Notes under the pieces: generated by a model | The model's input: only the letters and a program-made list of their open reading frames with translations | Told to the model about the DNA's origin: nothing | Databases searched by the model: none | DNA from: Octopus vulgaris | Taxonomy: Eukaryota | Assembly: GCA_951406725.2 (NCBI GenBank) | Contig: OX597830.1 | Coordinates: 3,410,001-3,474,000 of the forward strand | Reading direction: 5' to 3' | DNA length: 64,000 nt | Shown: piece after piece, positions 1 to 13,952 of the stretch | Layout of the letters: every line of letters begins with the position of its first letter | Position numbering within the stretch: the stretch's first letter is position 1 | Program-made: the position numbers and the translations under genes

Positions 1-19
1 GAGTAAAATAAGTATGAAA

Positions 20-54
20 GGGATCCATAGGCAAAAAATGGTTGAGAACCCCTA
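20..54. mobile_element. Terminal fragment of a hAT-like (MER5/Charlie-type) MITE
   Basis: gggatccata...aaaaatggttgagaacccct resembles the common ggttgagaaccactg terminus; the other end lies outside the window. Confidence 0.4.
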
Positions 55-1924
55 TTCTAGACAATCAGAACTCTGGTGCCTGTATCAGTGCTTCTTTGTT
101 TCTAGCAGGATTTTTTTATGATGAATTGCAGAATGCTATGAATTCATCTTGGTTGTAGCCACAGATCAACTCTGATCTCCTGCCAAAAAAAAAGAAAAAA
201 ACTATCTTCATACATAAATGTGCAATATAAATAAATGATAAAGCTATGTAATATACATATATTTATACAGTTAATAAGTATCGCTAGCACTTCATAAGAA
301 GCAATTTAGAACCAGAATATTAATGAGGTGGAAAATATCCAATCTAGGAACACATTCTTAAAACATATCCAACTTATGCCAGTATTTACAAATGGACACT
401 GTTATTGTTGATCGATCAAAACTATGATCAAAGGCATTCCAATTATGACCACCTCCCACAGTAACTTTCTTTATGTAATGTAGTAGGGTATAATTGAAGT
501 GGGTTTTGACTGCTATTTCTGGTAGGACACTCCCTCAATGTCACTAGATAAATGAATGGAACTGTAAAATATGTGTCTGAGTTTGAAAGCTTCTTTCTTA
601 TTTCTTTTTCTCTCTTTCCTCTCTTTCTCTCTTTCCTCTCTCACTTTTTCTCATACTTTTCTCTTTTACTCCCCCTTATCTCTCTTTCTCTCTGATATCT
701 CATCTTTATAATTAGCAGTGTTTTACTTTCCCTTTTCCATGCCTTCATGAGTCAAATTTCTTGAACCAATACCTTCAGTTCATAAACCCTTCCCATCAAT
801 AACTCTTTTTTTAGTCATCCCATCTGACTTGTAGTCCCTATTCTAAAACCAAGAGACCTCTCTTTCTCTCTCTCTCTCTCTCGTATTTCTTTCATCTCAC
901 TAAATTTTCCTTTCCTATTCTCTACATCTCTTCGCCCTCTGAATTGTATTTATATCTCATCTCTCTTCCCACCTTATTTCTTTCTTTCTTTCCTCTCTCT
1001 CTCTCTCTCTCTCTCTTCCCGTAATAACTCATCAAATCACAGCAGGTTCCTCCTCTCACTTGAATCTAAATCAATGAAATATATTCCATTCTTCTCTAAA
1101 CCAAGGAAACTCTTGTCAGATCTATTTAGCTGTCATTGTGTGGTACCTACTTACAGCTTGGTGGACTGCTGCAATATTAGCTTCAATAAAGCTTCTGGCA
1201 TCACAATGGATAGAGACCATTGGTGAAAGAGGATTTGCCAGTATCGAATGTACATCTCTTTACATTGTGGACATTTTCCTTATAGAACTGAAAGATGTTG
1301 CTGTTGTTGGTTTTGTTGTCGTTGTTGTTGTTGTTGTTATTCTTCTTCTTGATCCAAGGTCAACTCTGATCAAACAAAAACATTCCATTCATATTCATCT
1401 GGGCTTTTTAGCTCTATGTAGTACAATATTATCTAATGTGTGCCATCTTTATACAACATGATGGAGTACAATTCAAAGTTGGTCTGCATTACCAACCACA
1501 CACATTTTTTTGTATTATTCTACTTCAGATGTTCCCTAGACACTGACCCTGCAACATTCACATCTGCTTGTTCTGTAAATTCTGTTTCCATCCTTTATTG
1601 ATACCAATCAACCAAATGCTGAAGGAGCTGTGAACACTAAGAACTATTACAGGATTCCTCTTTTTCTCTGTTTTCTTAACTATTTTCAACCAATCAGACT
1701 GCTTCTTTTTAGTACAAAGTCTCTTCTGTAGCAGACAATGTCACGTAATTACCATTTTATGAATTAGTGCTATTATGTAAATTATTTTGGTGCCCAAAAT
1801 TTACACAGAAAAGACCCACTTGAAGCTGCCTGTAGTTTTGTTATCAAACCAGAATTGTCTTGTTGATGCTCAGACTCCTTACTGGTCAGTGATGGATACA
1901 CTCATACCTTATATTTTCAGGAGT

Positions 1925-2028
1925 ATACTCATTCAACCATATCTGTATTTCTGCTAAATACTCATTCAACCGTATCTGTATTTCTACTAAATACTCATTC
2001 AACCGTATCTGTATTTCTACTAAATACT
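1925..2028. repeat. 33-bp tandem repeat, 3 copies
   Basis: atactcattcaaccRtatctgtatttctRctaa starts at 1925, 1958 and 1991. Confidence 0.95.
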
Positions 2029-2576
2029 GCAGCAGACTCAGCGTTCATGAAGTCTTTGGAATTTTTAATCAGTTACTTTTTCCAAGTTAGGAAACTTGCT
2101 ACTTCAATTGCCATCCAAGAGATTGGTCACTATGGCAACCACATTTCCAAGGAATCAACTCACATGTTGATGCCATGTCAGAATAGCAACTTTCTTTCAT
2201 ATAGAAAGTAACAACATGTTGGTAAAATGTTTCAGGAAGGAATAACAGACCAAGTATTTCTCTCCCTTAAATAAAAGACATTTCTGTTGATATTCTGTTC
2301 ACACCTCTTCTACATTTAAACTATTCTTTAACTCTGACATCACTTGACATGTCTGGGTTTCATAGTTAAAATCTTCTTATATCATTACAACTCTGCATCG
2401 TTTGATGTCGTTATCTGTTTGTTAGCAATTATAGTATTAAGTTAAACTGCAAACCACTTCACAGTTGCTTCACCATCATCTCCTTTGTAGCCACAGATGC
2501 ATTTCCAGTTTTATTCTGTAACAAGCTAAGTTGTATACTCTGTATTATGTGATAAACATGTCAATATAATACAATA

Positions 2577-2810
2577 CATCATCATCATCACTCTTTAACG
2601 TCTGCTTTCCTTGCTGGCATGGGTTGGACAGTTTGACCAGAGCTGGGAAGCTGCACTTGGTTCCAGTTTGATTTGGCTTGCTGTCCACAGCTGGATGCCC
2701 TTTCTAACACCAACCACTTTACAGTGTGTACTGGGTGCTTTTATGTGGCACAGACATGAGTGCCTTTTACATAGCACCAGCATGAGTGCTTTTCCCATGG
2801 CACAGACACA
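2577..2810 (-). mobile_element. Retroposon 3' fragment, family B, (GAT)n tail
   Basis: (cat)n-tttaacgtctgctttcc...acagctggatgccc motif recurs at about 10 sites in the window. Confidence 0.8.
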
Positions 2811-3447
2811 GGACCCTTGCAGGCTAACCCTCTTCACCAGAGGATATGGCCATAACACTTTTGCTGTGGAGGACAGATATCTCGGTCCTTTGTCATCTCG
2901 TATATTTTGATTTTGAGTCATAGCATGTTCCGAACCTTTTAACATTTCTCAATGTGATGTTCTGAATGCTCTTTGGGATTTTTAGAAATAGGAAGTTATC
3001 TCTCTTGTCAGACTTAGTTAACAGTGCTTGACAAGAACTGGGAAGATATAAATGGGGGTCCCCTTGAATGCATTGGGAGGTGGGATCTTGGCTGTGAGGT
3101 TCCCTGTGGTACAGCAGAACTCAGACATTAATACACGATGCACATTGTGGAATCCCTTCATCTACAGGTGATATCACCTGGATAGCTGTCTAGTAGATCA
3201 TTACACTTTGACGTGAATTCTACCAGTTAAGAAAACATTCCAGTCAGAAGTCTTATTTAATCAGAAATCTTTTCTATTAATTGCTATTAACTACTGGTGC
3301 CCATTCAGACTTCTAGGAATAACTCATAAGATTTTTTGTTCCCTTCACATCTGGTTATCACTATGAATAAAACATTGTGTTTCACCAGTGTTTGTCTTGG
3401 AGTGAAAGTATTCATTTCAAGAATGGAACCAGTAATAATAATTTCAA

Positions 3448-3600
3448 TTATAGGCACAAGGCCTGAAATTTGGGGGAATGAGCAAGTTTATTTCATTGAC
3501 CCCGTCCCCCCAGTGCATAACTGGTACTTATTTAATCGACCCTGAAAAGATGAAAGGTCAAAGTCAACGTCAGCGGAATTTGAACTCAAAACATAAAAAC
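3448..3600 (-). mobile_element. Meta-domain tRNA SINE fragment, family C
   Basis: Reverse complement matches the 17207 copy: gagttcaaattcc...ctttcatc...gggtcgattaaataagtaccag. Confidence 0.75.
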
Positions 3601-5488
3601 AGGCCCTGGAACCAGGTAGCACTCTTCCAGCACTCAACCAGCCATTAAAATTTTTACCCCTCTGTTACAACCGATGTTTTTATATTCATTCACTGCATCA
3701 CAAAAGAATGGATGATGAGAATGGCATCATTTGAGTTAACACTACAATATTTCAAGAATTGGCAAATATTTGCTTGGTGCAATTATATTTCAATATATTT
3801 AATGCTTTTTATTGCTAAATTTCAGTTAAAATACTCTGTCTGTGTTTCAATTAATTTTGAAAATAATGAAAAATTTTGTAAAATAACTGTCATTATTAAT
3901 TTGTGTTTGGAACAAATTAAAGTAAAATTTTAATTGGAAATTTTAATTTAGGTAACTTTAAAACAAATTTGTATCATAGAACCAGGGTGGGGGGATTGAA
4001 TGGATTGACATCAAAAGAGTTAACTTAAGACATTTAAAATTTCTTTAGTGTGGTACATTTCTAAAGTGTAAATCCTTGATTAAATGTAATACTGGTTTTA
4101 CCTTTTACATAGCATTCAATTTTTCCCATCATCTCAAATGGTCTTAAGCTAACAGCCAGTTTCAAATAAAATTTACTGCTTACTTTGTTAATTTCATTAT
4201 AACAACTTTTTTAATGATTCTCTCTCTAGCAGACATTCAGAAGCAATGTGAGTCTAGTGAAGTTTTAGCTCTAATCTTGTTTTGGCAAGGCATTTTTCTG
4301 TTCTTCTAATCCTCCTCATTTTACTAGTTTTCTCAAGTTATAATATAATTATTGCATAATATAATTCTACCTTTCTTTCAATGCCAATTTACAACATATC
4401 TACTAATCACCTTTTCCATTCCACAAAAGTAGCATTGTTACTCACATACATATTGTCTAGATGTATGCTGCTGGAGTCTGCAAAACAATTATAGAAGACT
4501 GAATAGATTAAAAGTCAAAGAACATGAGAAATTCTATAAAACATAGCTTTTCTCCCATTTCACTGTCTTACAATTGTACAGAAATCAATTATTTCCTTCT
4601 TTTAAAGGAAGACAAATTAATATCACAAATTCTGCTGAAAGACCAACCGAAATTTGCCTGAACAAGTAACTAACTTACATTCATGTTGTTTGTTTTAAAC
4701 ATCAATTTTCGGCAACAACGTTAAAAGCCAGAAATTATTGCCGAGTCTATTTATCAATTATACAATGTCAAAATAAATTCTTCTCATTTGTGTCAGACAT
4801 CAGTTCCATGTTATTGTCACTTTCAGAAGTAACATCGAAAGGGAAAAAGACAATGTAGGTAACAGCTATTGCTGCATTTACTAAAACATTGATAGCATCA
4901 ACTTCTTCATGAAATATTTCTAAATTTATGTATAATTTTGAAAGGAAACCATACTTAGGTAAATCACTATATCACCTGATGTACAATAATGTAATTTCGT
5001 TCTGTTTTAATGCAATGACTCCATTCACAACTTAGAATTTTCTAACAAACAAATGATAGTCACCTACCTATGAAAATATCAATTTATCGACCACTAGCCT
5101 GGAGTATTGTAACGTTCCTTTTTATAATTATTGTTGTTATGTAGCCCCAGGTCAGCACCAGGTCAGCCCCCATTAAGGAGAGCTAGGATTTAGGGCTTTC
5201 TAGTCGTGACCATCACATGCATATTTTCTTTCAGACGTATTTATTATAACTTTACCCAATGTGTATTTCCATTTATTTGATCTGTGTTTTTCTCAAACAC
5301 AGTGTATCTTGGATTCTAATATTTCAGTGTGTCATCTGTTTTTCAAGCCAGTAAAGTGTTATTTTAGCTCTCAATACCTTGCAGGTCAAGGGACAGGTAA
5401 GAAGTTCTCTAATGGATTCTCCCTTCGACATGTCTATAAATTTTGTAGACATTACTTCATCTTTATTTAACAGACACATTATATTTAG

Positions 5489-5590
5489 CGTGTGTGTGTG
5501 CTCACATGTGTGCATGTGTGTGTGCGTATGTGTGTGTGCTCACATGTGTGCATGTCTGTGCATATGTGCATGTGTGTGTGTGTGTGTGCA

Positions 5591-5651
<61 letters not shown>

Positions 5652-5659
5652 GTGTGTGT
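5489..5659. repeat. (TG)n microsatellite with catg/ctcaca interruptions
   Basis: Seen directly. Confidence 0.98.
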
Positions 5660-6261
5660 ATTCCCATTCATACGAATGATGTCCTTTGTTTCCACTTCTC
5701 CATGGAAACGTCATCTCTGAGTTATGTGTTGTTTGATAGACAAGGAAAAATATTACCTTGCTTGGAAAGAAACAGGTAAGGGTTGATGACAGGAAGAGCA
5801 TCCAGCTGTAGAAAATTCTGTTGCAATAAAATCTTATCTAACCAATGCAATCATAGGAAAGCAGATGTAAATGATGATGATGGTGGTGGTGGTGGAGATG
5901 GTGATAAAGAGGAGGAGGAGGGAGACAATGATGACGATGGTGATGATGACTATGATGTCAATAATGATAATGATTTCAATGTTTTGTCTGTATTCATGTT
6001 ATATTTTTAGATGATTACATCTTTCTGATGAAGATTAAAAGCCGTTAATTACCCAAAGGTAAAACATGTTTCTTTAATCAAATCCCATGGAAATTCTGTT
6101 CATCTCAAATGTTCTGCTCTGAGCTTCTGCCATGGATCCATTGGAGAATGGCTGTTGTCGATGCCATCTGCTGCTTGCCCATATCAACAAGAGAGCCTCT
6201 ACAGGAATCACTCAGCTTGTTAGAAATGGCACCAGACTCCTTCTTTTGACACCTTACTGTC

Positions 6262-6489
6262 TTAAACCTTTAACATTCAGATTACTCTGTCTAATCTTAT
6301 ACTTATTTGTTAACATTGTTTTGAATTAATCAAGAACTATCTCATAGCTTAGAGATCTTCATGATGCGATTCTTTGTTTTTAGAATGACATTATAGGGTA
6401 AGTGTGAGAAGCTGGATCTAATCCCTTTGAATATAAAACTGGTTGACTATTTGAGCTGGTTATGACCGGTTTAAATGCTATAGAGTAAA
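6262..6489 (-). mobile_element. piggyBac-type MITE, degenerate copy of the 45604 family
   Basis: Reverse-complement similarity to 45604-45824 and 47537-47760, with decayed ccctttagca ends. Confidence 0.7.
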
Positions 6490-8319
6490 ACATTGATTAG
6501 ATACATTGCACAATGTCAACCCTAACATATAAACAGATGGGATGGTCATAAATGGAACGTTCCTGAATATAGATATACTCGATTAGAGTTGATCTTGAGT
6601 GAAACAGTAAAGCCAGGTTTTAGTATTCGTTCTCTTTATGCATTTAACTCCTCTCAATATTCTTTCTCTTAGAAGCTCCATTTCCATGTTTCCCAAACCT
6701 TGCTTTACTCATATTTATAATTTTCATTTATCGGTTTACATTTATATTTGTTATCCGAAGGAATTTGTTCAAACATGCCTGTGATTTTCTCAAGCCAACT
6801 GAAGATTCGGATGATTAATTGAGGTTAGGGCAGTTGATGTTTAACTTGAATTTTATATTGATTATCAATGGGCAAAGGTCACACTATCAATATAAATGGA
6901 CCATCTATTCTACGAGACATTTTTAATGATCGGTTTTTCCATTGTTTGTCAATGCATTTCAGTTGCATGTTTACCATTCCGCCTCTTACATCTTGATCAG
7001 TAAGCCTTCTCTTCTAAATAAACACATTTCTTTCTTCTGAATTTAAAATAGCACCATTTCTTATCTGTAATAGTACCATTCTTTATTTCTCTCAAGGCAC
7101 GCATAAAAGTGGATTTGTTTCTTTTGCAACAAATTCTTCATGCTAATATAGTTTTCTGTTCCTCTTTATTCTGATCCAAAGCAACAGCAACAGAGATGTT
7201 TATGATTGTCGATCACTGAATTAAGTTCCACTTGGAATACCAGTTCCTCTAAAATTCATAGAATATCTACCAATACTTCAGTGGTGACTCAATCTGATAC
7301 AAAACATGATAACTTGCAGAAGAATTCCAGAGTTCTTGTAGATATGGGTATATGGAAAAGAAGTTTGCATTGAAACAATGATGTTTTGGGTTCAAACCTA
7401 TGACATGGCACCTTGGCCAAATGTCTGCTGCAATATTTTTGGTTTGACCAAAGCTTTGTGAGTGTAATTTAATGGAATAAAACTGTATGGAAAGCCTTCA
7501 GAGTGAATATCATCATCATCATCATCATCATCGTCACCTTCATCCCCATCATCATCCTCGTCGTCATCATTATCATCAATATTGTCATCAGTGGTGGTGA
7601 TGTAAGTGGCAGCTGCCTCCTTCTTCTTCTTTAACATCCACATTCCATACTGGTATGTTTAAGTATATAAGTTCTCCACTGGTATGCATTAATCTGTTAT
7701 CCAGTTTAACACTGCCGCCTAGTTCTTTGAGTGCCTTTAGCGAAATCGAATCTGCTCCAACCATAGAAGCCATTGGGAAAGACTTAGCAGCCGTCCATTC
7801 TTGCAAATCTCTCCTTGCAGTTGAAGCTACGCAAGATAAATGGCACCACCTTAGCACTAAATTTGTTGAAGGCATTGCTTTCAGAAGACAAAATGCCAAA
7901 ATAGATGCCCCAAGGCATCATGTCCAATGCTCTAAGAGCATCACCAATCCATACCATCCTGGATTCATTGAGTTCTTTTTCTTCAATTATAAATTGATGG
8001 AAGGTAAAGCTAGCTTTGGCAGGATTTGAACATGGAAGGAAAAAGGGTGGATTAAATACAGTGAGGTACTCTATCCAACATTAATAATTTCTTCTGTTTT
8101 TTGCTTTATCTTTAATATCCATATATTTAGTCTTGCAGGACATTTTGGTCCCATGGTTAAAACTCAGACCTTTCTGAGACTTGGAATCATGTTTAAACTG
8201 GGCAGTTTCCTCTTCTGTTTAAAAGTCATCAGTGTTCACTTACATAATGTAAACTAGCAAAAGAAAATTATTGTAGAGCAATTTACCACAAAGGAAGGAC
8301 AGCGGAATGCCTGATAAAT

Positions 8320-8824
8320 CTCTTGTATAAAATCTGTTCTGTTTGTCTGTGTGTGTGTGTCTTCTCGTATCTCGGGCATCCTCCATCTGATTGCACTCAA
8401 ATTTGATATGTAGCTACCAATGGTATCAGGGCGTGTATAAGTCTTGAAAAAATTACAAAAATCGATTCCAGGTGAAAATTCATGACTGCACCTTCCATTT
8501 TTTTGTTGTTTTTGTACTGCTTAAAGGCATGTTTCTTTCCTGCCAAGCTTACTGTTTAAACCATATTTGTGTTCTCCCAGTTAACAGCCTTATCATTACT
8601 GGTACTTTAAACTCTTCGGTTGCATATTTGTGTGGATAAAATCGTTTTTCTTTGGAATAGAAAAAAGTCTATCTTTATTTCTTCTTTTGCTGGTGTCTCA
8701 AATTTAGGTTAAATCGGTGTTTCTTAAAGGGGAGGCCAATGGGACGGTCGGACAAGTTGTTTTGAGAAAATTTGGTTTAAAATGTTTAACAACTCATTGG
8801 ACGGGGGGAGGGGCGTTTTGCTTG
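8320..8824 (+). mobile_element. Non-autonomous Helitron-like element, family 2
   Basis: 5' tc...tataaaatctgttctgtttgtctg; collinear with 23461-23817; 3' ttggacggggg...gcgttttgcttg. Confidence 0.65.
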
Positions 8825-9699
8825 CCTTTAATAAAAACTGAAAGCAGTTAAAGACATGAGCATTAACCACAGAACACACCTTCCATAGCAAAACTCTGTA
8901 CACCAGATATGAATGTGTTAAGATATGAATTGTTAAGTTATTGTCTACTTAATGCTTCTACTTTCTATAAAGCACATCAGAGTTACCACTGATATAGCAT
9001 GGGGTGGAGACCACAAGGGTAGTTACATCGAGGGTAAATTCTTAGGGGACACAAAATTTCAAAAGATAAAAATATTATATTAATAATAAAAATTAAAAAG
9101 GGTCCTGCCTGCTTTACAATAAATGTCACACCCCAGGTACTGGCAATTCATGCTTCATCAATGAGTGTTACCTTCTTTAAGACCATGAAGGATTTGAGAT
9201 GAGTATTTCAAATAAACTGAGCATTTCCTAATTACATATACTCTTCATATGAGATCGCATGTGAAGTTAACAAGACCTTAAGACAAGATAGTAAGATATT
9301 TGGACAATGAGTCAACAAGACAATGGGACAGCAAGAAAGCTCTGGTGTAGTCACACAACCTGTTAGAAATAGCAGTTGAATTTCCACCGGTTTATATACG
9401 ATTAAATTTGATAAGAGTTCTAGATACACAAAATGTTGAAATGGTCATAGCTGGAAGGCTTTTAATCAAAGGCTTGGTCAAATCAACACCAACCTAGGGA
9501 TATACAAAGATACTTATGAAATGAAGACTAGCTTATAGATTCAAATATTTATGGAAAATTTCTCTTCCATTGAAGATTGTCTCAACTGCAGCGAGTGTGT
9601 GCACATGCATACATGCATGCATTTGTGTATGCGTACATGTGTGATGGTGGGGTATCTATGAAGATGAGTTATACACTTGATTCATAGAATTTGCTTGGT

Positions 9700-10220
9700 C
9701 ATCGTTTTCATGTGGGAGAATCCCTGGTCACTATTGTCACCAGGGATTGAAACCGCAGATAAAGGATGCTAAACAATGGCCAAGACACCTTCTTTTTAAA
9801 TGCATCATTTTCATTGGCTCAAACTAATGCACTTCCACCATTATATGACCATTGTCCTTGCAAATATCCAAAAGTCACTTTCTCTCATCTTACTCCTCTT
9901 CAAGTTATACCACACCTTTGCAGTTTACCATAGTCATTTATACGATATACTCCTAGGAGTACTGAGCCATGCAGGTCTGAGTCTTCTCTACTAGAAACAA
10001 GAGACATGATTGAGGTAGGCTGTGAACAAGGAATCCTTCGTCCATCAGGTTTGCACTGAATCAATCCAACTTTAATATTGTGGCAAGACAAGAAGAAGTC
10101 TTAGATATTCTCTACATAAATCTGTCTTTGAATATTGCCACTGGACAAACAAAGACGGCCAATACATGTCAAGGCAGGCTGCGTAGAGAATATCAATCTT
10201 CTTTATGCAGCTTTCATATT
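9700..10220 (-). mobile_element. Highly decayed LINE 3' fragment, probably RTE-like
   Basis: Minus strand gives IDILYAACL...SKTDLC...KPDGRRIP, resembling the RTE post-RT region; frameshifted. Confidence 0.35.
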
Positions 10221-10449
10221 AAAAGTAACATCTTGACAAGATGCTGAAATATGTCTTTTAAAGAAATGCTTTATTCTTTTGATTGAAATTGGTTTTCCAA
10301 TTTCTTCTGAAGCCTGGAAGTCTGTATTTGCATATATATTGATTAGTTATCATTTGAAATCACTGAACATTTTAATTTAGTCAATAATAAGCAAGATGAA
10401 AATAGAAGCACTGGTTATCTAGTTACCAGTCTTACTAGGGAATTAAATA

Positions 10450-10690
10450 TTAATACTCAACTAACTAATTATGTGATTAATAATAATAGTTAATTGGTCT
10501 GTATTATAGCATTTAAACAATAATACTGAACAAACTGGTCTAATAATATCATTAATTATTAATACTGAAACTATATGGTCTAATTGTTTAATGAATAATG
10601 AATACTGAACTAACTACTTTAATTATCTAGTTAAGTATTAATACTAAACTAATTTAAGAATATGATTAACAATTAACATTGAACTAAGCC
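10450..10690. repeat. Degenerate AT-rich minisatellite, period about 39 bp
   Basis: aatactRaac-type motif at about 10453, 10522, 10561, 10601, 10640 and 10675. Confidence 0.65.
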
Positions 10691-10746
10691 AATTTTTTTT
10701 TTGTTCAATATTTCTTCTCAATTACCTAATCATGTATTCTTTGATT

Positions 10747-11166
10747 CTTTTTTCTGTTTCAGTCATTTGACTGCAGCCATGCTGGAGCACCACTTGAAAG
10801 TGTTTTAGTCAAACATTTCGACCCTAGGACTTATATTTTTAAGCCAGATACTTAATCTATTTGTTTTCATTTTTCTTTTTGTTGAACCACTAAGTTACAG
10901 GGACATAAACCCATCAACACCAGTTGTCAAGCAGTGATGGTTGGGGTGGGGAGACAAATTCACACACACACACACACACATGCATATATATATATATGTA
11001 TAGGATGGGCTTCTTTCAGTTTCTGTCTAGCACATCCACTCATAAGGCTTTGGTCAGTCCCAGGCTACAGTAGAAGACACTTGCCCAAGGTTCCATACCA
11101 TGGAGCAGAACCCAGGACCATGTTGTTGAGAAGCAAGCTTCTTACTACACAGCCACTCCTGTCTCT
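10747..11166 (-). mobile_element. tRNA-derived CORE-type SINE, family A, near full length
   Basis: A box/B box head (gtggctgtgtagtaag...gggttctgctcc), ccttgggcaagtgtctt core, internal microsatellite and shared tail. Confidence 0.85.
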
Positions 11167-11609
11167 ATAGTTAATATTAATATCAATAAAAATTTTAAAC
11201 TAATATTAATATAGTTGAATATCAATACTAAACTAATAAGTCTATGTAGTTTACTACAGAGATTATCAGAGCATTTTAATCAGAGTGGCTAAGAAGTCTG
11301 CTACACAATCTCATGGTTTTTGGCTAACCTCTTCCCCTCAAAAATACTGGCCTTGGGCCCAAATCAGAAGCTATTATTAATTAAATGAATCCCAAGATAT
11401 TACAGATACATTTCGAATTTTGAGAAAATAGCAGACCGAGTCAAATCTAGATTTGAACTTGATGTGGTTAATCTTGATAGTCTAAATTTATTAAGAATTA
11501 TTTTCCATTTTTGGTAAAAAAAAACCCTATTTTTGTGAGGAGAGGATATAGGAAAATGGATCAATCTTTGTTATTTATCAATTATTATTAGCTTTGTTTT
11601 CTATCAAAT

Positions 11610-11823
11610 TTAATCCTTTTTGATCTCTGATTCAATGATACAAATTTCCTTTCTCTTAAATGACAGAGATTAAAGTCTCCATCCAAATTTCATATTAATT
11701 CATGTTCCAAACTCCAGCTGAATAATGACAAAGATATTTTACTAAATGTTTCATCGTTTTCAAATTTATAGAAAATAAAGTGGGGAGTGTGCTTTGAAAG
11801 AAATATGGTAACAAAAGGGTTAG
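11610..11823. mobile_element. piggyBac-type MITE, second family (inverted relative at about 3655-4023)
   Basis: ttaatcctttttgat...ggtaacaaaagggttag termini. Confidence 0.55.
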
Positions 11824-12639
11824 TGAAAATATATTTTATATTTGTTAGACACAGGATGTGGAACCATGATCATATTTGCAGGTCCCTTTCTAGCTGAAGT
11901 GATTGATGTTTAGTCTGAAAGTTTATGGACAGAGATGAGTAAGGAAGAAAACCAAGAGGTTATTGATCTTCAGATGAAGGATTTGACTATGTTAAGTGCA
12001 AATGCACTTAAATGCAACTAAAATGTTGTGGTATCACAAAAATGGTCTCATGAAAATGCAACTAATTAGTTCAAATGAGCATCAGCTGGAGTAGTAGTGG
12101 TACAAAGAGCAGAGAGAAGAAGCAGTTTGTGAATACAGCAGCAAGACATTCTCAGATAGATGTGAAGTGCTTGACTGGATGCAATCAAATGCTGTCGTTA
12201 TTTAGTTTTTGTTACTAATTCCAATATGCTTTAATCTGCTTTGTGTTAATTCTGATAACATTTAAAACCATTAGGTTTTGGTAAATTAAATCTGCAACGC
12301 AGTTTTGGTTACACTCTATTCTTATCACTGAAAGATATTAGAAAGATATACATGTCACACAAATCATTTTTTTCTTCTAAAATTCCAAGGCTTCATGTTT
12401 ACCAAAAGTAAAACTTGCAAAAATAACTCTTGTGTATTTTATTATTAGACATTCTGGCATCAGAAACAGATGCAGTTTTTTTTATGAAAAATTTAGTTTT
12501 TTAATATTTGATATTGGATTATTAATGTAATATTATTATAATGTTATAATTTAATTATTTGAAACCCTAAATCTTCTCAAACTTCACTATGCAATATCAA
12601 CAAATTATATCTTTTAGGATTGTGTTTTATTTTTAGTGT

Positions 12640-12640
<1 letters not shown>

Positions 12641-12674
<34 letters not shown>

Positions 12675-12724
12675 TAATAATAATAATAATAATAATAATG
12701 ATAATAATAATAATAATAATAATA

Positions 12725-12816
<92 letters not shown>

Positions 12817-12827
12817 CATTATTATTA
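12641..12827. repeat. (AAT)n followed directly by (ATT)n, self-complementary microsatellite
   Basis: Strand switch at about 12726. Confidence 0.98.
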
Positions 12828-13356
12828 TGTTCATTATTTTTAAAATAACTACTAAGATTATCTCCATGTTGAGTAAAGAAATATAAATAAACTGTGATAT
12901 TTTAATTAAGGAAAAGTCTGTCAGTAAAATACACATAATGTTAAAAATTTTGGATAAGAAGCAACAAAAATACCAGAAACAAACCATTTCTTGACCCCTA
13001 AAATGACTAAATTATAACAAAATACACAAATTAAATGCTTTTCTTGACCTTTTTCAGATATTTATCAGTTATGACCTGTCTACTGTAAAAAAACCCACTT
13101 TCTAGCTTATAGATATAAAATATTCAAATGTTATTTCCTGTTTTGTATTTGGTTTGCAAGATTCTTGATGTGAGTTCATGTGTTGAAGCAAATCTTGTGT
13201 TTTGGGACGGTCAAAACGCCAATAAAACTAACACACACTGGTTCAATATCACTTCTTTGTTGTTAACCTCTTAACATACACATTTTTATACTATTTATTT
13301 TGAATTTGTATATAAGGAAGAATAAATACACAAATTATTTTGGATCAGTTATGATA

Positions 13357-13545
13357 GGTATAGGAGTGGCTGTGTGGTAAGTAGCTTGCTTACCAACCAC
13401 ATGGTTCCGGGTTCAGTCCCACTGCGTGGCTCCTTGGGCAAGTGTCTTCTACTATAGCCTCAGGCTGACCAAAGCTTTGTGAGTGGATTTGGTAGATGGA
13501 GACTGAAAGAAGCCCGTCGTATATATGTATATATATATTTGTGTG
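13357..13545 (+). mobile_element. tRNA-derived CORE-type SINE, family A, 5' half
   Basis: A box tggctgtgtgg, B box gggttcagtcc, ccttgggcaagtgtctt. Confidence 0.9.
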
Positions 13546-13635
13546 TCAAGTCCTTGAATGATTACAGAGAGTTCTCTTTCATCTCGCAGGCCTTCACCAT
13601 GACCAACCATGACCATCTCTGATAAAGTCCAAATA

Positions 13636-13952
13636 CAGTTGAACCTTGCTTTACAAATGTCTTTCATCACAAACAAATCGGTTTACAAACAATTTTTCAA
13701 ACACAAGATGTTTCAGGTGACAACTGGTGTCTCAACTAACAACTACACAAACCATCGACAATGATTGGTGACAATCCAGGAGTATGAGCAGGTGAGCATC
13801 AGTTACTGCTTTGCTTTCACTCAGTTCACATTCCTGCTAGAATTCACGGATGCTTTCTCTTGAATTTACTTTGGGTAAGACAGTTGTTGTTTACAAACAT
13901 TTTGGGTGACAAATAGACCTCAGGAATGAATTCGTAGACTGAGGTTCCTCTG
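13636..13952. mobile_element. Tc1/mariner-pogo type MITE
   Basis: TA on both flanks; imperfect TIRs cagttgaaccttgctttacaaat and (reverse complement) cagaggaacctcagtctacgaat. Confidence 0.8.

Noticed and set aside
2595-2945. Similar peptides recurring at many loci (LQLDALPNANH, CGWEA, FQHG types)
   Set aside because: Translations of SINE families A and B, not a gene family.
5324-5801. ORFs of CV, HT, YI, MYVC, poly-I or poly-Y type here and throughout
   Set aside because: Translations of microsatellites.
6024-6070. CTGATGA as a hammerhead core (also at 45226)
   Set aside because: No stem II followed by GAAA and no closing stem I.
7588-8029. 124-aa and 103-aa overlapping ORFs
   Set aside because: No recognisable domain or splice context; next to a (CAT)n tail and likely retroposon-derived.
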